A stretch of DNA of 64,000 nt from an uncultured Gemmatimonadales bacterium (GCA_963850905.1 CAWKMU010000003.1:2784001-2848000), one strand, 5' to 3'. Counted from the stretch's first letter, positions 18,681 through 29,781 are shown. Notes: generated by a model from the letters alone, not told the origin. A program made the numbers and translations.

Positions 18681-20770
18681 CCGCGATTTACCGCGCCGCG
18701 CGGGTCGTCGCCGCCGCTGCGCGGCGCTGGGCCGGGGCGTGCCTCATTGGTCTCGCGGCCGGAACGTCCGGGTCGACCCTCTATGCGCAGGGGGTCGCCG
18801 ACTCGACTCTCGCCCTTGTGCTCCACGCTCGCACCTACGATCGCGCGGGGCAATTAGACAGCGCGCGGGCGGCCTACGAAGCTGCGGCGGACCAGCTGCC
18901 GAGAGTCGGCGACTGGCTGCGGCTGCGCGCCGCGGGCGTGACCGCAGATAGCACCTCGCGCGCCGCCGACTATGCTGCGCTCGTGAATCCGATTGCGCGC
19001 GCGCGGATCCAATGGACGGAAGCCGAAGCCCGAGAGAGAACGGGCGACCTCATTGGCGCCGCGCGCGCGTATGCGTTGCTAGGTGCCCACCTCGACGCGC
19101 TGCGGGACAGCGCCGCCGCGATCGCGGGCAGCAACAACGATTCGACACGCCTTGCCATTCGCACCTCGCTATTGGGCATCATCGCGGACCACTCTGGCGC
19201 GCCGGACGCGCGCGCGGCGATCGACGTGGTCGACCGGTACTTCGTACCCTTGACGCCCAGCGAGGAGCTCACCGTCGGACGCAGCGCCGGGGTCGGCGGG
19301 CCCGCGCCGCGCGCCGTGGCCGCGTTCGACCGCGTGGTCGCTGCGACGTCCATCGATTCACTCGCGCCACGAGATGCGTATCTCTACGCGACCGCACTGG
19401 CGCGGATCCACCGCGACATCGACGCGGCGAGGGTCTATGCCGCCCTCGCAAGCCGGCCGCAAGCAGCGGTGCAGCCCGCGCTCGCACACGCGGCGCTCTA
19501 CCAGCGGGCCCGTGCCCTCATCGCGGCGGGCGACCGCCCGACCGCTCGGACGGTGTTGCGCGGACTGCTCCGGGCTGCGCCACGCGATACGGTGGGTGCG
19601 AGTGCGCTCATGCTGCTCGCCGATCTGGCCACGGACGACCGTGACGACGCGGCCGCACGGCGGACGTTCCTGGAGGTCACCCGCAAGTTCCCCCAGAGCA
19701 TCTGGGCGCCCCGCGCGGCGTTCCATGCCGCGCTGATCGCGTATGTCGCCGGCACCACGACGCAGGCCGCGCGTGAGTGGGACGCGCTGGTCGTACGATA
19801 TCTCCGCACCGACGACTCGAGTGCGGCGCGCTACTGGGCCGGACGCTCGTGGGCGCGAGCGGGCAAGCGGCGCTTCGCCACGGTGCGCTGGCGGCGGGTC
19901 ATCGCCGGTGACCCGCTGTCCTACTATGCGATGCTCAGCGCTCGCCGGCTCGGCACCGCGGCGCCGATCGCCTCGATCACACCCGATACCGCCGCGAGCG
20001 CACTCGCGCCGCCCGTCGACAGCGCAATCACTCGCGCCGCTGAGCTCGAGGGGCTGGGGATGGAAACCGAGGCCAAGTTCGAGGTCGACTACGCGCTGCA
20101 GACGGCCAGCGGGACGCCGTCCGGAGTGTTTGGCGCCGGCGTGGCGCTCGCGCGGGTCGGAGAGGCTCACCGCGCGGTGTCCATCGGATGGCGACTCGTC
20201 GATCGGAGCGATACCGCGTGGCGCGACCCACGTGTGCTCCGTCTCATCTATCCTCTGGCCTACGGTGACACGCTCGCCGAGCTGGCACGGGCGAAAGGGC
20301 TTGATCCGGCGCTGGTAGCGGCCATCGTTCGGCAGGAGTCTGCGTTCAACCCGCACGCCGTATCCGTCGCCGGCGCGCGCGGTCTCATGCAAATCATGCC
20401 GAGTGTGGGCCGTGGCCTGGCGGTTTCGAGACGCCTCGATCCATCAGACCCGACGCTGCTCGATGAACCGGGCGTCAACCTGACGTTCGGCGTCGCGCAC
20501 CTGGCGACGTTCTTCGAGTTGGAAGGCGGCAGCGTCGTTCGCACGCTGGCCGCGTACAATGCCGGCCCGAGCCGCGTCGCCGCTTGGGTGACCAAGCGCG
20601 GCACCGACGATCCGGAGGTGTTTGTCGAGCGGATCCCCTTTCCGGAAACGCGGGACTACGTCCGGGCCATTCTCCGCGGCCGCGAGGTGTATGCCAGACT
20701 GTACGACCTCGCCATGGCTGACCACCCCAGCCCGGCTAGCAAAGCGCCGACGACATCACTCGGCCAGTGA
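18677..20770 (+). CDS. Soluble lytic transglycosylase (Slt70-like, TPR/helical N-terminus)
   Basis: C-terminal SLT domain [35 protein letters not shown]; start codon unclear. Confidence 0.88.
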   Translation, partial: VAAIYRAARVVAAAARRWAGACLIGLAAGTSGSTLYAQGVADSTLALVLHARTYDRAGQLDSARAAYEAAADQLPRVGDWLRLRAAGVTADSTSRAADYAALVNPIARARIQWTEAEARERTGDLIGAARAYALLGAHLDALRDSAAAIAGSNNDSTRLAIRTSLLGIIADHSGAPDARAAIDVVDRYFVPLTPSEELTVGRSAGVGGPAPRAVAAFDRVVAATSIDSLAPRDAYLYATALARIHRDIDAARVYAALASRPQAAVQPALAHAALYQRARALIAAGDRPTARTVLRGLLRAAPRDTVGASALMLLADLATDDRDDAAARRTFLEVTRKFPQSIWAPRAAFHAALIAYVAGTTTQAAREWDALVVRYLRTDDSSAARYWAGRSWARAGKRRFATVRWRRVIAGDPLSYYAMLSARRLGTAAPIASITPDTAASALAPPVDSAITRAAELEGLGMETEAKFEVDYALQTASGTPSGVFGAGVALARVGEAHRAVSIGWRLVDRSDTAWRDPRVLRLIYPLAYGDTLAELARAKGLDPALVAAIVRQESAFNPHAVSVAGARGLMQIMPSVGRGLAVSRRLDPSDPTLLDEPGVNLTFGVAHLATFFELEGGSVVRTLAAYNAGPSRVAAWVTKRGTDDPEVFVERIPFPETRDYVRAILRGREVYARLYDLAMADHPSPASKAPTTSLGQ

Positions 20771-21300
20771 GCGCCCAGATAGACGCGCGAGAACCCCACG
20801 AGCAGGATAAATAGTCCTGCCACCACGAGCGCTCCAATCCGAATGCCGAGTGGCGCGGAGCGGGTCAGGAGGAGCGCACCAAAACCAAAAATGATCACGG
20901 CCAGCATGGCGTGCCCCGACGGGAAGCTGTACCACCCGGCATCGGTCAGCTTCGGCGAGATGCCAACCGGCCGATGGTGGCGGACCAGTTCTTTGATGAG
21001 GAGCATGAATAGCTCACCGCCGATGCACGCGACGACGTACACCAGCGCGTCCCCTCGACGACCCATCAGGTAGAGCGAGACGGCGATCACGAGCGCGATG
21101 GGCACCGCCAACCGCCCCGCGACGAACGAGACGGCGATCAGGAGCGGCGTGAGGCCGGGCGAGGCCAGCGAGCGCACGGCGAGAATCCCGTTCGTGTCCG
21201 GCGGTCGCAGCACATCGGTCGCGACGAGCACACTGAGCACCACCAGCAGCACAGCGCAGACGGCGGCCACCGCCAGCCCTGGCCGCTCACTCGCCGACAT
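20656..21300 (-). CDS. PAP2-family membrane phosphatase
   Basis: K..V.H.RP, SFPSGH and [13 protein letters not shown] motifs. Confidence 0.9.
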   Translation of the reverse strand: MSASERPGLAVAAVCAVLLVVLSVLVATDVLRPPDTNGILAVRSLASPGLTPLLIAVSFVAGRLAVPIALVIAVSLYLMGRRGDALVYVVACIGGELFMLLIKELVRHHRPVGISPKLTDAGWYSFPSGHAMLAVIIFGFGALLLTRSAPLGIRIGALVVAGLFILLVGFSRVYLGAHWPSDVVGALLAGLGWSAMARSYSLAYTSRPRRMART

Positions 21301-21311
21301 CGAGTGCGCCG

Positions 21312-23372
21312 TCACCGATAGCCGGCTGCCTGCATCGCGAACAGTTCGCTATACAGGCCGCCACGATCCACGAGCTCCTGGTGCGTTCCTTCCTCCACGA
21401 CGTGGCCCCCTTCCGGACCCGCCTGCAGGACAACGATGCGATCGGCCATACGCACCGTGGAGAACCGGTGGGAAATGAGCACGGCGGTTCGGCCGGCGAC
21501 GAGCTCGGAGAAGCGCAGGAACACTTCGTATTCGGCGCGCGCATCGAGTGCCGCGGTAGGCTCGTCGAGGATCAGCACTTGCGCTTCCCGGAGATACGCG
21601 CGCGCAAGCGCCACCTTTTGCCACTCGCCCCCCGAGAGATCGATCCCGCCTTGGAACCGCCGTCCGAGCATCTGCCGGTATCCCAACGGCAGCCTCGCGA
21701 GCAGTGTCGTCGCGAGTGACTGCTCGGCAGCGTGCACGATCGGCGCGAACGGACGGACAAACGTGGCGGCCGCAATCGCTCCGGACGTACGCACCGCGCT
21801 GGCCGTGCCGTTGCCCCCAGCGGCGGGGACGCGCGAGCGACTCGCGGCCTTGTCCGACGAGTCGCTTCCCGCACCCTCTCCCTCTCGACGGGTCTCGAAC
21901 GCGCTCAGCGTCGCCTCTGCTTGGTCGAGATACGCGCGGGTCTGATCGATCTGGCCCACACCGATGTTCTCGTCCAGCGGGAAATCGTATCGGACGAAAT
22001 CTTGAAAGATGACACCGATCGTTTGCCGGACCGACGCAATGTCGTAGTCGCGGAGGTCCATGCCATCGAGCAGGATCCGACCCTCGGTCGGGTCGTAGAG
22101 GCGCGCGAGCAGCTTGGTCAGTGTCGTCTTGCCCGAGCCGTTCTCGCCGACGAGTGCGATGCGTTGCCCAGGCGTCAGTTTCAGATTGATGTGTCGGACG
22201 GCCCACCGGTCGCTTCCCGGATACTTGAATCCGACGTCTTCGAAGACAAATCCGGTCTGGAGCGGGCGGGCGATCGCTGGCGCGCCGGCGCGGGCGGCCA
22301 TCGTCGGTTTGATCTCGAAGAAGGCGAACAGGTCGCGAAGGTAGAGCGCCTGTTCGTACACGTCACTAGCCTGCAACAGCAGTCGCTGGATGATGTCGCG
22401 GCTCTGTTGGAATGACCCGGCCAGTCCGTAGAACGCACCGATGGAAATGATGCCTCGGACAGTCTTGATGATGATCAGGACGTAGGCGAGGTAGTAGCCC
22501 GCGGTGCCGAGCAGCGACAATCCGGCACTGACCACGGCGCGCTTGGTTGCGATCTGCCGGTTGGCCTTGTAGAACCGATGCGCGAGCACGCGATAGCGAT
22601 CGGTGAGCCAGGGGGCGATGCGGAACATTTGCACTTCCTTGGCTGTCCGATCGCTTGCGGCCAGGAAGCGCAGGTAATCCAGGAGCCGCCGCTCCGCCGT
22701 CCAGCGAAAGAGCAGCGAATAGCTCATCGCTGCGAAGTGCGTTTGCCCAATGAAGCTGGGCAGGATCGTGATGGCGAGAATGATCAGCAGAACCGGGCTG
22801 AAAAAGACCACCAGCCCTGCGATCAGTGTAATGAGCGTGATCAGGTCCTGGCCCATCGAGAGCATCTGCGTGAGGAGGCCGATTCGACCAACCGTCTCGC
22901 GTCGCGCACGCTCGAGCAGGTCGTAGAAGCGGGGGTCCTCGAACTGCGCCAGATCGAGCGTCGACGCGTGCTCCATGATCCGCACGCTGATCCGGTTCGC
23001 GAACAAGTCGCCCAGCAGGCTCTCGATGAGGATCGAGCCTCTGGCGAGGAGCTCGGCCGCGACCACGATCGCGAACAAGATCCCCACCAGATGCCAGATC
23101 CGCCCCCATTGGGCGATCTCGGTCCAGTGCCAGGTGTGTGCCGGCTGGGCGACGACCTCTTTGCCCTGCGCGATGATGGCGTTGAACAGCAAGCTGATAA
23201 CGGCCAACTCGCCCGCAGGTGTCAGCGCCCGCAGGAAACGCAACACGAACATCGTCGCCGCGAACGGCGGATGTGTTTCCCAGATGAGCTTGATCATCGG
23301 CCCCACGTAGCGCAGTGCGGTAAAGCGCTGCGCCCAGGTGGGCGTCTGCGCGTCGGCGTCTACGGAGGCCAT
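21312..23372 (-). CDS. ABC exporter, fused permease plus ATP-binding domain
   Basis: N-terminal TM domain; GENGSGKTT, LSGGEWQ, ILDEPT, ISHRFSTV. Confidence 0.92.
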   Translation of the reverse strand: MASVDADAQTPTWAQRFTALRYVGPMIKLIWETHPPFAATMFVLRFLRALTPAGELAVISLLFNAIIAQGKEVVAQPAHTWHWTEIAQWGRIWHLVGILFAIVVAAELLARGSILIESLLGDLFANRISVRIMEHASTLDLAQFEDPRFYDLLERARRETVGRIGLLTQMLSMGQDLITLITLIAGLVVFFSPVLLIILAITILPSFIGQTHFAAMSYSLLFRWTAERRLLDYLRFLAASDRTAKEVQMFRIAPWLTDRYRVLAHRFYKANRQIATKRAVVSAGLSLLGTAGYYLAYVLIIIKTVRGIISIGAFYGLAGSFQQSRDIIQRLLLQASDVYEQALYLRDLFAFFEIKPTMAARAGAPAIARPLQTGFVFEDVGFKYPGSDRWAVRHINLKLTPGQRIALVGENGSGKTTLTKLLARLYDPTEGRILLDGMDLRDYDIASVRQTIGVIFQDFVRYDFPLDENIGVGQIDQTRAYLDQAEATLSAFETRREGEGAGSDSSDKAASRSRVPAAGGNGTASAVRTSGAIAAATFVRPFAPIVHAAEQSLATTLLARLPLGYRQMLGRRFQGGIDLSGGEWQKVALARAYLREAQVLILDEPTAALDARAEYEVFLRFSELVAGRTAVLISHRFSTVRMADRIVVLQAGPEGGHVVEEGTHQELVDRGGLYSELFAMQAAGYR

Positions 23373-23458
23373 ACGTGGGGTGAAAAGCTAAGCGTCCTCG
23401 TCCGCGATGGGCGACTTTTTGCATAATTTGATTGCAGTCGCGGCCAGCGGAGAAGCCA

Positions 23459-23926
23459 ATGATCAAGTCGCAGATGGCGGAACGCAATGGACGTCAGCCG
23501 CGCCCGTGGCGCCTCGGCGTCTTGAGCGGGCTTGTGCTCGGGCTGTGCGTGGCTCACAAGGCCTCCGCCCAGGGCGGCGCGGGGGCCTCGAGCCAGGCGG
23601 CCCCGCAACCCGGAACGGATGTCTCGCACACCTTCGGCAGCATGAAGGGTGACCTGCGGCGACTCGTCAGCGCCAACGAGGTGTATCGCGCCGAGAAAGG
23701 GCAGTACGCCGCAAGCGTGGATGCGCTCCGCGGGTACCATGCATTGGCGGGGGTGACGGTGACCATTCTGCAAGCATCGAGCACAGGCTGGGCCGGGCAA
23801 TCGACCGCCGCGTCCGTTCCGGGGAAGAGTTGCGTGATTGCGGTCGGAAAGGTTGCGACTCCATCGACCACGCTCGCCGATAAGCGGTCGGGAGCCGAGG
23901 CCGTCGCGGTCTGCGACAATCCGTAA
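23459..23926 (+). CDS. Hypothetical secreted protein with pilin-like C-terminal region
   Basis: Sec-like signal; MKGDLRRLVSANEVY helix, GWAG and a terminal Cys pair. Confidence 0.6.
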   Translation: MIKSQMAERNGRQPRPWRLGVLSGLVLGLCVAHKASAQGGAGASSQAAPQPGTDVSHTFGSMKGDLRRLVSANEVYRAEKGQYAASVDALRGYHALAGVTVTILQASSTGWAGQSTAASVPGKSCVIAVGKVATPSTTLADKRSGAEAVAVCDNP

Positions 23927-24378
23927 CCGCGCGGGCGTGGCGCGCCCGAGAGAAAAGCACGAAGGAAGGAGAGAGGGACCGCGGACGCCAAATGGCCGGA
24001 CGGGCGAATTGCCGTGAGACAGCGGCACGCCTGGGCCGGCTAAGCCTCCGTTCATCAGGCTTGACGCCCCGGGCGTGAGGCTCCTGTTGCGCCCGTACCA
24101 CGCCCTGTGCTGCAAGCCGGTGCATAAGGTCATGGTCGCAAAACGACCGCCCTCTGCTCTCGCATTTGTCTGCTCTCGGCCGCCTCAGCGGCCGTGGCAC
24201 AACTCTCGCTAGCACCATGGGTTGGAGCGCCGCCGACCCTGCGGATCGCCGGCATGCGCCCCACCTCCCGATGGCACAAGCCCCGCACATCCGGGTCGCG
24301 CACGCGCGACTCGGACATGCGGCGCCTGTGCCCCCAATCGTCACGATTCACCTTCGCGCCCCTTGGATGGAGATCGCC

Positions 24379-25689
24379 ATGCCCCGCAGCCAGATCGATA
24401 CGGAAGTCGCGGCCTTGACCAGAGCGTGGGAGTCGGATGCTCGCTGGCGCGGGGTCCGGCGCGACTACACTCCGGCCGATGTCGTCCGCTTGCGGGGCTC
24501 CGTGCGGATTGAGCATTCACTGGCCCGGCGCGGCGCCGTGCGCCTCTGGGACCGCCTGCGTGGCGATGGCTACGTCCACACATTCGGCGCCCTCACCGGT
24601 GCCCAAGCGGTGCAGATGGTGAAAGCGGGCCTCGAGGCGATCTACCTGAGCGGTTGGCAGGTCGCGGCCGATGCCAACCTCGCGGCGCAGACCTACCCCG
24701 ACCAGAGCCTGTACCCATCGTCGAGCGTGCCAGCGCTCGTCAAACGCCTCAACAACGCGCTGGTGCGAGCCGACCAGATCGAGTGGGGCGAGGGCGAGGC
24801 ACAGCGAGATTGGATGGTCCCCATCGTCGCAGACGCGGAGGCCGGGTTCGGTGGGCCCATCCATGCGTTTGAGCTCATGAAGGCGATGATTGAGTCCGGA
24901 GCCGCCGGCGTCCACTTCGAGGACCAACTGGCGTCGGAGAAGAAGTGCGGACACATGGGAGGCAAAGTCCTGGTTCCGACCGCGCAGTTCATTCGGACCC
25001 TGACGGCCGCCCGGCTCGCCGCGGACGTGGCCGGGGTGCCGACCGTCCTCGTCGCTCGAACCGACGCGCTGGCTGCGAGTCTCATCACGAGCGACGTCGA
25101 CGAGCGCGATCGCGCGTTCATGACCGGGACGCGCACGGCCGAGGGATACTACGGTGTCGAGGGGTCGCTCGAGAGCGCGACCGCCCGAGCCATCGCGTAT
25201 GCCCCGTACGCGGACATGCTGTGGTGTGAGACGTCGCGGCCCGATCTCGCCGAAGCGCGTCGGTTCGCGGCCGCCATCCACGCCCACTACCCCGGCAAGC
25301 TGCTCGCGTACAACTGCTCCCCCTCATTCAACTGGCAGCGCAACCTGGACGCCGGGCAGATCGCCAGGTTCCAACGCGAGCTCTCGGCGATGGGCTACAA
25401 ATTCCAGTTCATCACGCTCGCCGGCTGGCACCTCGTCAATCTCGAGACTTTCGAGCTCGCGGCCGCGTACCGCGCGGAGGGCATGCCCGCGTACGTCCGC
25501 GTGCAAGAGCGCGAGTTTGCGCGCGAGCGCGACGGTTATACTGCGACGAAGCATCAGCGAGAGGCCGGGACCGGATACTTCGACCAGGTGCTGAACGTCG
25601 TGAGTGGCGGACACGCGTCGACGGGTGCGCTCGCCGGCTCGACGGAGGAGGAGCAGTTTCGCGGGCTAGAGGTGGCTGCAACGGTGTGA
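24379..25689 (+). CDS. aceA: Isocitrate lyase
   Basis: [10 protein letters not shown] catalytic motif, [37 protein letters not shown]. Confidence 0.97.
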   Translation: MPRSQIDTEVAALTRAWESDARWRGVRRDYTPADVVRLRGSVRIEHSLARRGAVRLWDRLRGDGYVHTFGALTGAQAVQMVKAGLEAIYLSGWQVAADANLAAQTYPDQSLYPSSSVPALVKRLNNALVRADQIEWGEGEAQRDWMVPIVADAEAGFGGPIHAFELMKAMIESGAAGVHFEDQLASEKKCGHMGGKVLVPTAQFIRTLTAARLAADVAGVPTVLVARTDALAASLITSDVDERDRAFMTGTRTAEGYYGVEGSLESATARAIAYAPYADMLWCETSRPDLAEARRFAAAIHAHYPGKLLAYNCSPSFNWQRNLDAGQIARFQRELSAMGYKFQFITLAGWHLVNLETFELAAAYRAEGMPAYVRVQEREFARERDGYTATKHQREAGTGYFDQVLNVVSGGHASTGALAGSTEEEQFRGLEVAATV

Positions 25690-25711
25690 CGACGCAGGGC
25701 CGGGTGACCCA

Positions 25712-25936
25712 TCACCCGGCTCTTTCAGTCCGTCCCCGCTGCAGCGCCGCTACCACCGCCTCTCCAAACGGGGGCAAATCCGCTGGCACACGCGCGCTGA
25801 TCAAGTTGCCGTCGATGACAACTGGCGCGTCACACCAGCTGCCTCCCGCGTTGGTGATGTCGTCCCGGATGCCGACCGTGGACGTCAGCCGTCGGCCACG
25901 GATCACGCCGGCGGTCGATGCGGCAGGGGCTCGCAT
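25712..25936 (-). pseudogene. C-terminal fragment of a PfpI/DJ-1 family protein
   Basis: AGVIRGRRLTS..GIRDDITNAGGSW.DAPVVIDGNLISARVPADLPPF; no N-terminal half or catalytic Cys motif upstream. Confidence 0.75.
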
Positions 25937-26077
25937 TTGGGAAGCGGGACTTGACGCGACCCGCACCATGAAATTCCATACCGGATGCCTTGCCAGGTAG
26001 GGGGACGCTCGTCGCCCCGCAGCGCCGGTGCAGCGTCGAGCTGTGAATTGTCCGTAATCCGCCTTATACCACGACAC

Positions 26078-27523
26078 ATGGCAGGCGGGGTCGTGATCGC
26101 GCTCCTGGCCGGCGCGGGGTGTCGGCCCGCGCCGACGGTGCGTCCGCAACCCGTAGCGGCGCCGGTCGTGGTGACCGATGTCGCATATCGGAGCGACCCG
26201 TTTCTCTCCGACGTCGAAAGCCGGACGTTCGACTACTTCTGGCGCACGAGCGATCCGCGCTCGGGTCTGACCCCCGACCGCAGTCCGTCCCCGTCTTTTT
26301 CGAGTATCGCAGCGGTCGGTTTCGCGTTGACCGCGTACCCGATCGGAGTGGCCGAAGGCTATGTGTCCCGCGAACAAGCCGCACAGCGCGCGTGGACGAC
26401 CCTCAAGTATCTCTACGAGCTGCCGCAGGGACCCACGGACACCGGAGTGGCCGGCTACAAGGGCTTCTTCTATCACTTCCTCGACATGGAGACCGGACAC
26501 CGGTTTGCCCACGTCGAGCTGTCCACGATTGACACGGCGATCCTCGTGGCGGGCGCGCTGTTCTGCGCGGACTACTTCGACGGACCGTCCGCAGCCGAAT
26601 CGGGTGTACGCGCGTATGCGGATTCGCTCTACCGACGTGTCGACTGGACCTGGGCCTCACCCAACCCACCGGCTGTGTCGCTCGGCTGGAAGCCGGACAG
26701 TGGGTTCATTCAGTACGATTGGCGGGGATACAACGAAGGAATGATGCTGTACGTGCTCGCCCTCGGCTCGCCGACCCATCCAGTGGCGCCAGGGGCCTGG
26801 AACGAGTACACGCGGACGTACCGGTGGGAGGAGTGGTTCGGCCAGCAATACCTCGATTTCGGTCCCGCGTTCGGCCACGACTATTCGCAGATCTGGATCG
26901 ACTTCCGCGGGATCCAGGATGGGTTCATGCGGCAGCACGGGATCGATTACTTCGAGAACTCCCGTCGGGCCGCGTATGCCCAGCGCGCATACGCCATGTA
27001 CAATCCGATGGGATGGATTGGCTACGGGCCGGATGCCTGGGGGTTGAGCGCGTGCGACGGACCGGCGGACACCGGTGTGTCATTGAACGGCGTCTACCGC
27101 GTATTCCACTCCTATTGGGCGCGCGGCACGGACTTCACCCGTATCGCCGACGATGGGACCATCACCCCGTCCGCCGCCGGGGGCCTGATTCCATTCGCTC
27201 CCGAGCTCGCGATCCCGGCTCTCAAAGCGATTCGCTCGCGATACGGCAATCTGGTGTACTCGACCTATGGCTTCGTGGACGCCTACAACCCGAACTTCAC
27301 GCTGCCCATTCACACGCCGCTCGGACGCGTAGATGGCGCGCGCGGGTGGTTTGACACGGACTTCCTCGGCATCGATGAAGGCCCCTTGCTGACCATGATC
27401 GAGAACTATCGGACCGAGATGATCTGGACCATCATGCGCCGCAATCGGTACATCGTCAGAGGGCTCGAGCGCGCGGGGTTTTCGGGTGGATGGCTCGGCC
27501 GTGCCCCACCCCTGACGCAGTGA
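26078..27523 (+). CDS. Glucoamylase-like GH144 (DUF3131) glycoside hydrolase, probable endo-beta-1,2-glucanase
   Basis: SIAAVGFALTAY, GFFYHFLDM, ELSTIDTA, GYNE, GIDEGP and IENYR motifs; exported N-terminus. Confidence 0.85.
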   Translation: MAGGVVIALLAGAGCRPAPTVRPQPVAAPVVVTDVAYRSDPFLSDVESRTFDYFWRTSDPRSGLTPDRSPSPSFSSIAAVGFALTAYPIGVAEGYVSREQAAQRAWTTLKYLYELPQGPTDTGVAGYKGFFYHFLDMETGHRFAHVELSTIDTAILVAGALFCADYFDGPSAAESGVRAYADSLYRRVDWTWASPNPPAVSLGWKPDSGFIQYDWRGYNEGMMLYVLALGSPTHPVAPGAWNEYTRTYRWEEWFGQQYLDFGPAFGHDYSQIWIDFRGIQDGFMRQHGIDYFENSRRAAYAQRAYAMYNPMGWIGYGPDAWGLSACDGPADTGVSLNGVYRVFHSYWARGTDFTRIADDGTITPSAAGGLIPFAPELAIPALKAIRSRYGNLVYSTYGFVDAYNPNFTLPIHTPLGRVDGARGWFDTDFLGIDEGPLLTMIENYRTEMIWTIMRRNRYIVRGLERAGFSGGWLGRAPPLTQ

Positions 27524-28857
27524 CACGGCGCGGGCTCGCCCTGCTCGCGGTCGCGGCCGCCCTGCTCGCTGCCTGTGAACCGGCGGCCCGTAGCGACGCG
27601 ACGGTGACATTGCGGTTCTGGGCTTTCGGCCACGAAGGCGAGGTGGTGCAGGCCATGATGCCGGCGTTCGAGCGCACGCACCCCGGCATCCACGTTCGCG
27701 TCGAGCAGATCCCATTCACCGCGGCGCACGAGAAGCTGTTGACCGCGGTGGTCGGCGGCGCGGCCCCCGACCTCGCGCAGCTGGGCAACACCTGGCTGCC
27801 CGAGCTTGGCACACTCCACGCGCTCGTGCCGCTCGATTCGCTCATCGATCGCTCTCGGGTGATCGCGCGCCCGGACTACTTCCCGGGCATCTGGGCGACG
27901 AACGTGCTCGCGGACACGACCTTCGGCGTGCCATGGTACGTCGACACACGGGTGCTCTTCTATCGGTCGGATCTGCTCGCGGATGCCGGCTATGCGCAGC
28001 CGCCCGCGACCTGGTCCGCGTGGTACGACGCCATGCGTCGCCTCCGCGCGCAGCGCGGCATCGGTCGCTACGGCGTGCTGCTACCTGTGAACGAGTGGGC
28101 GCAGCCTGTCATTCTGGGACTGGGGGCGGGAGCACCGCTGTTGCGCGATGGCGACCGATACGGCGATTTCACCGACCCGCGGTTTGCCGCCGCCTTCGCG
28201 TTCTACGTGCGTCTCTTCGACGACAGCCTCGCGCCGCCGGTGAGTAACACCCAGATCAGCAATCTGTACCAGTCGTTCGCGCGGGGGGACTTTGCGATGT
28301 TTGTTTCGGGGCCCTGGGACGTCGGCGAATGCCTCCGGCGACTCCCCGCCTCGCTGAGCGGTCACTGGATGACGACGCCAATGCCTGCGCCCGATCCGAT
28401 CGCGAGTATTCCCGCGACTGCCGTCATCGCGAGGGCCACCGACACGAGCGGTCCGGGCGCGTCGCTCGCCGGCGGCTCGAGCCTGGTGCTCTTCCGCGGG
28501 TCCAGGCATCAAGACGCGGCGTGGTCTCTGATTGAATATCTGTCAGACCCGGCGCAACAAGCGACGTTCTATCGACTCGCCGAGGATCTGCCGGCGCGTC
28601 GGTCGGCGTGGCGTGACTCGGCGATCGCTCGCAATCCGTACATGGCCGCCTTTGCGCGCCAGCTGACCGCGGTCCGGCCTACGCCACAGGTCTCCGAGTG
28701 GGATCAGATCACCGATATGATCACCAGCGCCGGGGAGATGGCTGTGCGCGGCGTGGCATCGCCCGGAGCGACGTTGGCGGGGCTCAATGCGGACGTCGAT
28801 CGTGCCCTCGCCAGACGGCGGTGGGTGATCGCGCGTACGGCTAGCGTCGGTCGCTGA
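27520..28857 (+). CDS. Sugar ABC transporter substrate-binding lipoprotein
   Basis: Lipobox LAAC; AHEKLLTA, QLGNTW, VPWYVDTR; GTGA overlap with the GH144 stop. Confidence 0.92.
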   Translation: MTRRGLALLAVAAALLAACEPAARSDATVTLRFWAFGHEGEVVQAMMPAFERTHPGIHVRVEQIPFTAAHEKLLTAVVGGAAPDLAQLGNTWLPELGTLHALVPLDSLIDRSRVIARPDYFPGIWATNVLADTTFGVPWYVDTRVLFYRSDLLADAGYAQPPATWSAWYDAMRRLRAQRGIGRYGVLLPVNEWAQPVILGLGAGAPLLRDGDRYGDFTDPRFAAAFAFYVRLFDDSLAPPVSNTQISNLYQSFARGDFAMFVSGPWDVGECLRRLPASLSGHWMTTPMPAPDPIASIPATAVIARATDTSGPGASLAGGSSLVLFRGSRHQDAAWSLIEYLSDPAQQATFYRLAEDLPARRSAWRDSAIARNPYMAAFARQLTAVRPTPQVSEWDQITDMITSAGEMAVRGVASPGATLAGLNADVDRALARRRWVIARTASVGR

Positions 28858-28863
28858 GCGCGC

Positions 28864-29781
28864 ATGGCCTCGCAAGATCTCTCGGTTCACGACCAGGGCG
28901 GGCCTTCGGTGCGCCGCGCGGCGCTCATGTTCCTCGCGCCGGGCCTGCTGCTCATCCTCGTCACGTTCTTCCTGCCCGCCGTTGCATCGCTCCTCCTGAG
29001 CTTTACGGACTTCGATCTATACGCGGTCGCGTCGGGGGCCAACCTGCGCGTGGTCGGGCTGCAGAACTACAGCGCGCTCGTGCACGATCCGCTTTTCTGG
29101 ACCGCGCTCCGCAACACGCTGTATTACGTCCTCGTTGGCGGTCCACTCTCGGTCGCGGTCTCGCTCGGGGTCGCGCTGCTCCTGGACTCGCGGCTCGTGC
29201 GGTTCAAGGCCTTCTTCCGCACCGTGTTCTTTGCGCCGGTCGTCACGACGCTCGTCGCCGTCGCCGTCATCTTCAACTACCTGTACGCCCCCCGGGTCGG
29301 TCTGCTCGACATCGGCCTCCGCTCGGTGGGGCTGCCGTCCATTGATTGGCTGGGGTCCACCCAATGGGCGATGCCGGCGCTCATTCTCATGAGCGTGTGG
29401 AAGAGCTTCGGTTACAACATGATCATCTTCCTGGCGGGACTGCAGGCCGTCCCCGAGGAGTTGTACGACGCGGCACTGGTCGACGGCGCGGGCGCGTGGC
29501 AGCGATTCTGGTACGTGACGTTGCCGGCGCTCGCGCCGACGTTCCTCTTCGTCAGCATCACGACGATGATCGGCTATCTCCAGCTCTTCGTCGAGCCGTA
29601 TGTGATGACGCAGGGAGGTCCGCTCCACGCGACGACCAGCCTCGTGCTCTACATGTTCGACCAGGGCTTTCAGTGGTGGCACGTCGGCTTTGCCGCGGCC
29701 ATCGCGTTCGTGGTGTTCGTTCTGACCATCATTGGGGCAGCGCTGCAGTTGCGCGTGCGCCGCGACCCGGCGACGACATGA
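28864..29781 (+). CDS. Sugar ABC transporter permease
   Basis: EAA-type loop LYDAALVDGAGAWQRF; multiple TM segments. Confidence 0.93.
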   Translation: MASQDLSVHDQGGPSVRRAALMFLAPGLLLILVTFFLPAVASLLLSFTDFDLYAVASGANLRVVGLQNYSALVHDPLFWTALRNTLYYVLVGGPLSVAVSLGVALLLDSRLVRFKAFFRTVFFAPVVTTLVAVAVIFNYLYAPRVGLLDIGLRSVGLPSIDWLGSTQWAMPALILMSVWKSFGYNMIIFLAGLQAVPEELYDAALVDGAGAWQRFWYVTLPALAPTFLFVSITTMIGYLQLFVEPYVMTQGGPLHATTSLVLYMFDQGFQWWHVGFAAAIAFVVFVLTIIGAALQLRVRRDPATT

